Below, piece by piece: positions 56,622 to 64,000 of a stretch of DNA of 64,000 nt. A model generated the notes under the pieces. It was not told the origin of the DNA, searched no databases, and worked only from the letters and a program-made list of their open reading frames with translations. The stretch covers positions 1,792,001-1,856,000 of the forward strand of contig OY970303.1 in NCBI GenBank assembly GCA_963716255.1. The letters run 5' to 3'. This DNA comes from an uncultured Gemmatimonadales bacterium (GTDB lineage Bacteria; Gemmatimonadota; Gemmatimonadetes; Longimicrobiales; Longimicrobiaceae). Position numbers and translations under genes: made by a program. Each line of letters starts with the position of its first letter. Positions within the stretch are counted from its first letter, which is position 1.

Positions 56622-59015
56622 ATGCAGACGCTGCTCCAGGACCTGCGCTTCGCCCTCCGCACGCTGCTGCGGAGCCCCGCCTTCGCGGGCGTGGCGACGC
56701 TGACGCTGGCGCTGGGGATCGGCGCCGTCGCCACCCTGTTCAGCGTGGTGGACGGGGTGCTCCTGCGTCCCCTGCCCTTTCGCGAGCCCGACCGGCTGGT
56801 GGCCGTGAGCCCCGCGCTCCTGCGCGGCGAGTACGTGCTGGCCCGCGACCGGAGCCGCTCGTTCGCGGAGCTGGGCGGCTACCAGGCGGGCGTCGGCTTC
56901 GGGCTGTCGGGCGGGGGCGAGCCGGAGCGGGTCACCGGGGCCTACGCCTCCACCAACCTGTTCGCCGCGCTGGGCGCGGAGCCGCTGCTGGGCAGGGGCT
57001 TCGCCGCGGGCGAGGACCAGCCGGGGCGCGGCGGCGTGGTGGTGCTGGGGCACGGCCTCTGGCGGCGGCGGTTCGGCGCCGACCCGGCGGTGGTGGGACG
57101 AACGGTGACGCTGGACGGCCAGCCGCGCACGGTGGTGGGGGTGATGCCGGCGGAGTTCCGCTTCCCCTCGGCCGAGACCGAGCTGTGGGTGCCGGTTTCG
57201 CTGGACCCGGCTCCGCACGCCGTGGGCGCGCTGTGGGGGATGGGCGGCTTCCAGGCGGTGGGGCGGCTGGCGCCCGGCGCAACCCCGCGGCAGGCGCTCG
57301 CGGAGCTGGGCGCGCTGGCCCGGGCGATGCGCGCGGAGAACCCGCTGTGGACCCCGCCGGAGCCGTACCGCGCGGACGCCGCCGTGGTCCCGCTGAGGGA
57401 CGCGGTGGTGGGCGAGGTGCGGCCCACGCTGCTGGTGCTGCTCGCGGCGGTGGGGTTCGTGCTGCTGATCGCCTGCGCCAACGTCGCCAACCTGCTGCTG
57501 GCGCGCGGGCTGGGGCGCGGGCGGGAGATGGCCCTGAGGTCCGCGCTGGGAGCGGGGCGGGGCCGGCTGGTGAGGCAGCTCCTCACCGAAAGCCTGGTGC
57601 TCGCGCTGGCCGGAGGCGCCGCGGGGCTGCTGCTGGCCACCTGGGGGCTGCGCTGGCTGGTGGCGGCGCTCCCGGCGGACACGCCCCGCCTGGCCGAGGT
57701 GGCGCTGGACGGGCGGGTCACGGCACTCGCGCTGGGAGCCACGCTGCTGACCGGTGTGGCGGCCGGCCTGTTCCCCGCCTGGCGGGTGACGCGGAGCGAG
57801 CTGCAGGGCCCGCTCCGCGAGGGCGCCGGGGCGGGTGGGGGGCGGCGCCGGCTCTCGGGGGTGCTGGTGGCGGCGGAGATCGGGCTGGCGATGGTGCTGG
57901 TGGTGGGGGCCGGGCTGCTGATCCGCAGCGTACGCGCCCTGGTGGCGGTGGACCCCGGCTTCCGGACGGAACGGGTGGTCTCCGCGCGGATCGACCCGCC
58001 GGAATCGCTGTACGGCGACCCGGCGCGGCAGCGGGCCTTTTACGCGGAGGTCCTGGGGCGGGTGCAGGCACTCCCCGGCGTGGGCGCCGCGGGGCTGACC
58101 AGCCAGCTCCCCCTGGGCGGCGAGCCCTCGCCGTGGGCCACGGCCGTGGAGGGAGTCACGCTCGATCCCAACGCCCTCCCCATGTTCGACCGGCGCGCAG
58201 TCACCCCGGAGTACCTGCGGACGCTGGGCGTCCGGCTGGTGCGCGGGCGCGCCTTCACCGCCGCCGACCGCGAGGGCGCGCCCCCGGTGGCGCTGGTGGA
58301 CGAGGCCGCGGCGCGCCGCTTCTGGCCGGGGGAGGACCCGGTGGGAAAGCGCATCGGCCACCCCTGGGCGAACGACTGGATGACGGTGGTGGGCGTGGTC
58401 GCCGAGGTCCGCAGCGCCGGCCTCGCCGGGGAGCAGAACCCCGCCTACTACGCTCCCTTCGCGCAGAAGCCCGGCGCGGGGATGACGCTGGTGGCGCGCA
58501 CCACGTCGTCGCCGGAGGCGCTGGCGGGCAGCCTCCGCGCGGTGGTGGCCGGGGTGGACCCGCAGGTCCCGGTGAGCCGCGTCCGCGCCATGGACGAGTG
58601 GATCGCGGAGTCGGTGGCGCGCCCGCGCCTCACGGCGGTCCTGCTGGGCGCCTTCGCGGGGCTGGCGCTGCTGCTGGGCGCGGTGGGCGTGTACGGGGTG
58701 ATCGCCTACACGGTGGGCGAGCGTACCCGGGAGATCGGGCTCCGCATCGCGCTGGGCGCCGGGGTGGGCGACGTGGTGGGCATGGTGCTGCGGCAGGGGG
58801 CGCTGCTCGCCGCCGCCGGGATCGGCGCGGGGCTGCTCGCCTCGCTCGCGGCCACGCGCGCCCTCGCCGGGCTCCTCTACGGCGTCACCGCCACCGACCC
58901 GCTCACCTTCGCGGTGGTCCCCGCCGTCCTGGCCGCCGCCGCCCTGCTGGCGACCTGGCTCCCCGCCCGCCGCGCCTCCCGCGTGGACCCCATGACCGCG
59001 CTGCGCGGCGACTGA
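56622..59015 (+). CDS. ABC permease, ADOP-type no. 6
   Basis: AGGAGG RBS; MQTLLQDLRF, LIACANVANLLLAR, EIGLRIALGA, DPMTALRGD. Confidence 0.93.
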   Translation: MQTLLQDLRFALRTLLRSPAFAGVATLTLALGIGAVATLFSVVDGVLLRPLPFREPDRLVAVSPALLRGEYVLARDRSRSFAELGGYQAGVGFGLSGGGEPERVTGAYASTNLFAALGAEPLLGRGFAAGEDQPGRGGVVVLGHGLWRRRFGADPAVVGRTVTLDGQPRTVVGVMPAEFRFPSAETELWVPVSLDPAPHAVGALWGMGGFQAVGRLAPGATPRQALAELGALARAMRAENPLWTPPEPYRADAAVVPLRDAVVGEVRPTLLVLLAAVGFVLLIACANVANLLLARGLGRGREMALRSALGAGRGRLVRQLLTESLVLALAGGAAGLLLATWGLRWLVAALPADTPRLAEVALDGRVTALALGATLLTGVAAGLFPAWRVTRSELQGPLREGAGAGGGRRRLSGVLVAAEIGLAMVLVVGAGLLIRSVRALVAVDPGFRTERVVSARIDPPESLYGDPARQRAFYAEVLGRVQALPGVGAAGLTSQLPLGGEPSPWATAVEGVTLDPNALPMFDRRAVTPEYLRTLGVRLVRGRAFTAADREGAPPVALVDEAAARRFWPGEDPVGKRIGHPWANDWMTVVGVVAEVRSAGLAGEQNPAYYAPFAQKPGAGMTLVARTTSSPEALAGSLRAVVAGVDPQVPVSRVRAMDEWIAESVARPRLTAVLLGAFAGLALLLGAVGVYGVIAYTVGERTREIGLRIALGAGVGDVVGMVLRQGALLAAAGIGAGLLASLAATRALAGLLYGVTATDPLTFAVVPAVLAAAALLATWLPARRASRVDPMTALRGD

Positions 59016-59048
59016 TGTGAGGGAACGGAAATGCGAAAGTGCGAAGTG

Positions 59049-59180
59049 CGGGCGTGCCCCCGGCTGCGCCGGGGTCGGGCTTCGGCTCCGTAACGCACAA
59101 ACAACCGTGCGTAACGGAGTCGAGCCCCGGCGGAAACAGCCCCGCCGGGTCTCGCCCCTTCGGGCCGGAATCCCTCACGC
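59049..59180 (-). repeat. Structured repeat family A, copy 15
   Basis: Reverse copy, followed by a family D palindrome (about 59189-59236). Confidence 0.9.
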
Positions 59181-59253
59181 GACGGCAGGCCCCCACCCCC
59201 CGGCCCCCTCCCGCTCAAGCGGGAGAGGGGGAGCACTGCGGGACCTGCAAACT

Positions 59254-59289
59254 GCGCCCCCACCGGGATCTCCCGGAGGGGGCGCCTTT
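59254..59289. terminator. Terminator (hairpin family E)
   Basis: GCGCCCCCACCGGGATCTCCCGGAGGGGGCGCCTTT between convergent genes. Confidence 0.7.
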
Positions 59290-59331
59290 CGTGTACTGCG
59301 TACTTCGTATCGCCTTCACTTCTGCACTTCT

Positions 59332-60369
59332 TCAGTCCCCCGCCCCCCCGCGCCTGGAGAGCAGCGTCGGCGCCTTCGCCAGCAGCCGCCCCAGCTGGCG
59401 GCGCTCCGTCCGCCAGGCGGGAGCGAGCCCCAGGTCCACCGAGGGGCCCGCGTCGGCCACGGTGGCCGGGTCCACCGGACGGCCGCGGCGGCGCACCTCG
59501 TAGTGCAGGTGGGGCCCGGTGGCGAGCCCCGTCATCCCCACGTAGCCGATGACGTCGCCCTGCGACACCATGCCCCCCCGCCCCACCCCCGGCGCGATGC
59601 GCGACAGGTGCGCGTAGCGGGTGCTGTACCCGTTGGGATGCTGCACCTCCACAAGGTTGCCGTAGCCGCCGCGGCGCGCCGCGAAGACCACGCTGCCGTC
59701 ACCCGTGGCGCGCACCGGGGTCCCCGCGGCGGCCGCGTAGTCGATGCCGGTGTGCGGCAGGACGCGGCGCAGGATGGGGTGCATGCGGTCCAGGCGGAAG
59801 CCGGAGGTGACGTGCGCCACCTCCAGCGGCCGCGCCCAGGCCGCGGGGTCCAGCGAGCGGCCCATCTCGTCGAAGTACCCGGGGTGCTCGCGGCCGTCGA
59901 AGAAGAAGGCCTTGTGGAGCGACCCGCCCACCGCGGCCTCGGCGGCGAGCACCTGGATGGAGCGCGTGCTGCCGTCCGGCCGCACCACCCGCTCGTAGGC
60001 CACCCGCAGGCGCCCGCCGCTCCCCAGCCCGTCCTCGGGGAGGAGGGGGACGAAGATCTTGTCCAGGTGGCGGCCGATCATCCCGCGCTCGGAGGGCGAC
60101 AGGTCGCTGGCCAGGGTGCGCAGCGCCTGGCTGAAGCTCCCCTCGGCGTACCCGCCCAGGAACAGGGTGTCCACGCGCCCTGGCGTGGCCTGCACGGCGG
60201 GGAGGAGGACGGGCGCGGGGCCGGAGGGATTCCCCTCGGGGCGGGACCAGGACGCGACCGCGGCACCACCCAGGCACAGGATGGCGGCGACGGCGGAGAG
60301 CGGGACGGCTGCCCGGCTCACCCAGGGACTGCGGCTCATGCGGAGGATGCGACTGCGATGGGTTGTCAT
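59332..60369 (-). CDS. M23 family metallopeptidase (MepM-like)
   Basis: N-terminal TM; RMHPIL, HTGIDY (HxxxD), YAHL, TGPHLHYE (HxH). Start may be about 60340. Confidence 0.92.
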   Translation of the reverse strand: MTTHRSRILRMSRSPWVSRAAVPLSAVAAILCLGGAAVASWSRPEGNPSGPAPVLLPAVQATPGRVDTLFLGGYAEGSFSQALRTLASDLSPSERGMIGRHLDKIFVPLLPEDGLGSGGRLRVAYERVVRPDGSTRSIQVLAAEAAVGGSLHKAFFFDGREHPGYFDEMGRSLDPAAWARPLEVAHVTSGFRLDRMHPILRRVLPHTGIDYAAAAGTPVRATGDGSVVFAARRGGYGNLVEVQHPNGYSTRYAHLSRIAPGVGRGGMVSQGDVIGYVGMTGLATGPHLHYEVRRRGRPVDPATVADAGPSVDLGLAPAWRTERRQLGRLLAKAPTLLSRRGGAGD

Positions 60370-60472
60370 GCGACGGAGAGGGATACAAGATAGGACCGAG
60401 CCCGGCCCGGCGGAAGGATCACGGACCGGGCGCGGCGTGGGCCGGCGCCCGGGGACGGCGGAGCGCGAGCGG

Positions 60473-61756
60473 CTACGGCTCGCGGTAGAGGGTCCCGCCC
60501 TTCATCACCAGGCGGACCCGGCGCAGCGCGGAGATGTCGCGCGTGGGGTCGCCGTCCACGGCCACCAGGTCGGCGAGCAGGCCGGGGCGGATGCTGCCCA
60601 GCCACTCCTCCAGGTGGAAGACGCGGGCGTTCACGGAGGTGGCGGCGAGGAGGGTCCGCGCCGGACTCATCCCGTACTCCACCATCAGCTCCATCTCGCG
60701 GGCGTTTTCGCCGTGGGGGAAGACGCCGGAGTCGCCGCCCATGCACAGGGTCACTCCCGCGTCCAGCGCGGCGCGGAAGCTGGCCTTCTTGTCCCGCACC
60801 TGCACCGGGTCCGGGTCCACCCCCTTGCGCCACCCGGCGTAGGTGCGTGTGGCCTCCGTCGCCGCCAGCGTGGGGCAGAGCGCCACGCCCCGCTCGCGCA
60901 TCAGCCGGAAGACCTCGGGCGTCCCGCCGTTGCCGTGCTCGATGGTCTGCACCCCGGCCAGCACGGCGCGGCGCATCCCCTCCGCGGTGCTCGCGTGGGC
61001 CACCACCGGCCGCCCCGCGCTCGACGCCGCCTCCACCGCCGCCCTCATCTCCTCCAGCGTGAAGGTGGGGCGGGCCGGCTGGTCCGGGCCCCAGGGGTAG
61101 TCGGCGTACAGCTTGACCCAGTCCGCCCCCCTGCCGATCTGCGTGCGGACCGCGCGGACGACGCCTTCCACGCCGCTCGCCTCCTCGGCGCCCTGGGGCG
61201 CGTCCCACTCGGCGGCCAGCCCCTTGGGGCCGTAGCTCCCGGTGGCGACGATGGCGCGGGTGGACACCAGCATCCGCGGCCCCGGGACGATCCGCTGCGC
61301 GATGGCCTGCTTGAGCCCCACGTCCGCCCACCCGGCGCCCTCGGTGCCCAGGTCGCGCGTGGTGGTGAAGCCGGCCAGCAGGGCGTCGCGCGCGTGCACC
61401 GTGGCGCGGGCCACCCGCAGCGCCTCCGACTCGCGGAGCACCTGGTCGTCCCAGGGCGTCTCGTCGTAGGGGTGCAGCAGGAGGTGCGAATGCCCCTCGA
61501 TCATCCCCGGGAGGAGGGTGGCGCCGGGAAGGTCGATCACCCGCGCGTCGGCGGGCACTCCCACGCGCTCCGCCGGTCCGGCGGCCTCGATGCGGTCGCC
61601 CCTCACCAGCACCGTCCACCCCTCGTGGGCGCGCTCGCCCAGTGCGTCGAAGACCCGCGCCGGCCGCAGGAGGACGTGCCCGGCCGGTTGCACCGTCTGT
61701 GCCCGGGCGGCGCCGGCGGCCAGAAGCAGGGCGAGGAGGAGGGAGGGGATCCGCAT
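60473..61756 (-). CDS. Secreted amidohydrolase family protein (Xaa-Pro dipeptidase-like)
   Basis: [47 protein letters not shown]. Confidence 0.92.
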   Translation of the reverse strand: MRIPSLLLALLLAAGAARAQTVQPAGHVLLRPARVFDALGERAHEGWTVLVRGDRIEAAGPAERVGVPADARVIDLPGATLLPGMIEGHSHLLLHPYDETPWDDQVLRESEALRVARATVHARDALLAGFTTTRDLGTEGAGWADVGLKQAIAQRIVPGPRMLVSTRAIVATGSYGPKGLAAEWDAPQGAEEASGVEGVVRAVRTQIGRGADWVKLYADYPWGPDQPARPTFTLEEMRAAVEAASSAGRPVVAHASTAEGMRRAVLAGVQTIEHGNGGTPEVFRLMRERGVALCPTLAATEATRTYAGWRKGVDPDPVQVRDKKASFRAALDAGVTLCMGGDSGVFPHGENAREMELMVEYGMSPARTLLAATSVNARVFHLEEWLGSIRPGLLADLVAVDGDPTRDISALRRVRLVMKGGTLYREP

Positions 61757-61973
61757 GGGGCCTGGTCTCGGGTGGGGGACGGACGAGGAGCCGACAGTCT
61801 GCGGGGGGAGGAACGGGAGCGCAAGACGGGACCCGCGCGCCGGAAAAGTTTGCGCGCCCGGAACGGATTTTCGCCCTCCCGGCGCCCGCGTCCGGTCCCC
61901 CGCGGGTGGGAGCCCGCGCCCAAGTCGCGCGGCTTCGCCGTGTTAGCCGCCCGCCCCCGCGCCGCCGCGGAAA

Positions 61974-61989
61974 CGGAATGCGGGTTGCT
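61974..61989 (+). promoter_or_regulatory. Putative sigma54 promoter upstream of the riboswitch
   Basis: CGGAATGCGGGTTGCT (GG-N10-GC). Confidence 0.45.
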
Positions 61990-62125
61990 GCACTCCCGCC
62001 GGACCCCGGCACGCCACCCCCGCACGGAGACGACCTCCCCAGAAACCACCCGCAGCACCGCGGCCCCCGCGCCGCCCCATCGCAGCACCCCGGCATCGTC
62101 CCTCCCGCCATGCCCGGCGGGAAAT

Positions 62126-62222
62126 CCGACAAACGGCAAACCCGTCGAAAGGCGGGGACGCAAAGCCACGAGGCTACCGCGCGGGCTCCCCGCCCCGCCA
62201 CGCCAGTCGGGCCGCCGAAGAA
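62126..62222 (+). ncRNA. Cyclic di-GMP-I (GEMM) riboswitch
   Basis: GGCAAA-CCCGTC-GAAA-GGCGGG-GACGCAAAGCCAC...CTA...AGTCGGGCCGCCGAA matches the class I pattern; ends about 10 nt before ATG 62233. Confidence 0.88.
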
Positions 62223-62232
62223 GAGACGACCC

Positions 62233-62877
62233 ATGCACCACGCTTCCGCATCCCCCGCCGGAGCCCGCGCCCGCTTCGCGCTGCTCGCCGCCGCCCTGGC
62301 GCTCGTCGCCGCGCCCGCGTCCGCCCAGCTCGCCCTGGCCATGCCGCTCCCGCCGCTGGCAGTGGCCGCCACGCGCGCCGGGACGCCCTCCCCCGCCCTG
62401 CTGATCCCCGTGGCCGGCGTCACGGCGGAGCAGCTGCACGACAGCTACCTCGCCGGCCGCGAGGGCGGGCGCGTCCACCAGGCCATCGACATCCACGCGC
62501 CGCGCGGGACGCCGGTGCTGGCCGCCGCGGACGGCACCATCCTCAAGCTGCACTCCGGGAGCCGCGGCGGGATCGCCGTCTACCAGCTGGGCACCGACGG
62601 CCGCACCCGCTACTACTACGCCCACCTGGAGCGCTACGCCGAGGGGCTGGAGGAGGGCGCGGCGGTCCGCCGCGGCGACGTCGTTGGCTACGTGGGCGAC
62701 ACCGGCAACGCCGCCCCCGGCGACTTCCACCTGCACTTCTCCATCGCCGTGCTGGACGACGCCCACCGCTGGTGGGAGGGCGCCAACCTGAACCCCTATC
62801 CGCTGCTCCGCGCCGACGCGCGCCAGCCCTTCGGCCTCGCCGCCCGCACCAACGCCGCACCCGCCACGCTCCGATGA
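62233..62877 (+). CDS. Secreted M23 family metallopeptidase
   Basis: Signal peptide; HQAIDI, YYYAHL, HLHF, NPYPLL. Confidence 0.92.
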   Translation: MHHASASPAGARARFALLAAALALVAAPASAQLALAMPLPPLAVAATRAGTPSPALLIPVAGVTAEQLHDSYLAGREGGRVHQAIDIHAPRGTPVLAAADGTILKLHSGSRGGIAVYQLGTDGRTRYYYAHLERYAEGLEEGAAVRRGDVVGYVGDTGNAAPGDFHLHFSIAVLDDAHRWWEGANLNPYPLLRADARQPFGLAARTNAAPATLR

Positions 62878-63080
62878 ACACCTGGACCCTCTGTCTCGCC
62901 CTCCCCCTCTGCTTCTGGCTCACCCACCGCACCCTGCTGGGCCTCAGCCGCCTGGTGGAGCCGCGCTGCCCCCGCTGCGGCGGGCGGCGCTGGACGACGG
63001 GGCGCCGCGGCGAGCTGTCGTGCGCCGCGTGCCCGGCCGTGCGCGAGCAGATCGAGCTGGAGCTGGGGCTGGCGGCCTGA
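62874..63080 (+). CDS. Small membrane-anchored zinc-ribbon-like protein
   Basis: ATGA overlap with the M23 stop; hydrophobic N-terminus, CPRC and CAAC; 68 aa. Confidence 0.7.
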   Translation: MNTWTLCLALPLCFWLTHRTLLGLSRLVEPRCPRCGGRRWTTGRRGELSCAACPAVREQIELELGLAA

Positions 63081-63111
63081 GCCGCGGGCTCCTTCCCCCC
63101 ACCTCATCGAC

Positions 63112-63468
63112 ATGTACACGCTCCTCCGCTGGCTCGTGGAATGGAAGGCCCGGCGCAGGGGAGCGCAGGTCATCATCTTCGACGGGGGCGCCGAGGTGGA
63201 GCGCACCCGGGCCTTCTTCCACGGGGCGTGCGCGGGGGGCGGGGCGGTGATCGCCGTGATCATCCTCGCCGCGCCCACCGGCTCCGACCCCGCCCTGCGC
63301 GCCGAGACCGAGCATCGCGGCGAGCTCCTGGTCGAGGCGAACCGCCGCACCCGGGAGGCGGTCACCATCACCGAGGCGTGCCTGCAGACCGCGCAGACCA
63401 TGAAGGAGACGCTCGACGGGTACCGCGAGATCGTGGAAAGCTATCCGGGGGTGGTGCGGGGACGTTGA
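63112..63468 (+). CDS. Hypothetical membrane protein with coiled-coil C-terminus
   Basis: 118 aa, one TM (GGGAVIAVIILAAP), typical codon usage. Confidence 0.7.
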   Translation: MYTLLRWLVEWKARRRGAQVIIFDGGAEVERTRAFFHGACAGGGAVIAVIILAAPTGSDPALRAETEHRGELLVEANRRTREAVTITEACLQTAQTMKETLDGYREIVESYPGVVRGR

Positions 63469-63491
63469 ACGGCGAACGGCCCCCGGCAGCG

Positions 63492-63528
63492 GCGGGTTCG
63501 GGCGTGTCCCCGGCTGGCGCCGGGGTCG
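63492..63528 (-). repeat. Structured repeat family A, copy 16 (3' fragment only)
   Basis: GCGGGTTCGGGCGTGTCCCCGGCTGGCGCCGGGGTCG matches the end of copy 5. Confidence 0.8.
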
Positions 63529-63550
63529 ACGAGGACCCCCTGGTCCGGCG

Positions 63551-63587
63551 AAAGCGCCCCCACCGGGATCTCCGGCGGGGGCGCTTT
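63551..63587. terminator. Bidirectional terminator (hairpin family E)
   Basis: AAAGCGCCCCCACCGGGATCTCCGGCGGGGGCGCTTT between convergent genes. Confidence 0.75.
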
Positions 63588-63612
63588 CGCGTACTGCGTA
63601 CTGCCGTTGCAC

Positions 63613-64000
63613 TCACGCACTTCCGCTCCTGCTACCGGCGCCCAGCTCGGCGGAGAAGGCGGCGGCCGCGACGTCGAAGGCTCGCTCGCGCGGCAGCAGC
63701 CCGCCGGTCAGCTCGCGCATGGCGCGGCGCAGCGAATTGTCGTTGGAGTAGCCGCTGGACAGCGCGGCGCCCCACACGGTGCGCTCCGGGTCCTCCAGCA
63801 GCGCGGAGGCGAGCAGCAGCCGCACCCACGCCTGGAGCCGCCGGGGCGGGGGAAAGCCCACCCGGGCGCACCAGCCGGCGACTGTCCGCGGCCGGGCGCC
63901 CAGGCGCTGCGCCAGCTGGGTGGCGCCGCCATTGTCCACGGCCACCTCGGCGGCGGCGTACAGGAGCGTCATCCCGTCGTGCGTTGCCCTGGGCGGCGCC
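63613..64000 (-). CDS. AraC-type HTH regulator, C-terminal part (5' truncated by window edge)
   Basis: LAQRLGARPRTV...RLLLASALLEDPERTVWGAALSSGYSNDNSLRRAMR resembles the AraC double HTH. Confidence 0.75.
   Translation of the reverse strand, partial: APPRATHDGMTLLYAAAEVAVDNGGATQLAQRLGARPRTVAGWCARVGFPPPRRLQAWVRLLLASALLEDPERTVWGAALSSGYSNDNSLRRAMRELTGGLLPRERAFDVAAAAFSAELGAGSRSGSA

Overview
Very GC-rich bacterial chromosomal region. The gene content (six tandem ADOP-type ABC permeases, a PEP-CTERM protein, many lipoprotein peptidases, many sigma54-like promoters) suggests Gemmatimonadota, Longimicrobium-like; this is an inference, not a search result. About 55 CDS can be supported: FKBP (partial), arfB, peptidases (S1, M1, M28, two M23, two beta-lactamase-fold hydrolases, an L,D-transpeptidase), an ABC-F ATPase, an orphan GspE/PilB ATPase fused to an atypical receiver domain, an acuB-acuC-GNAT operon, a Ser/Thr kinase, a DUF4160/DUF2442 pair with an apparent frameshift, and an adaptor-ATPase-6x permease cluster (40.4-59.0 kb). 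No rRNA, tRNA, transposase, integrase or CRISPR array was seen. The most notable signals are: (i) 16 copies of a ~135-bp intergenic element with extensive compensatory base changes and a recurring 7-nt loop, whose ends resemble the Flavo-1/Acido-Lenti-1 RNA motifs; (ii) a second element built from three tandem copies of one of its hairpin modules; (iii) a repeated dyad + palindrome + sigma54 promoter cassette in front of permease genes; (iv) a c-di-GMP-I riboswitch heading an M23/zinc-ribbon operon; (v) a secreted 6-cysteine peptide with the CS-alpha-beta (defensin/scorpion-toxin) cysteine spacing. Start codons were chosen by eye and repeat boundaries are approximate.
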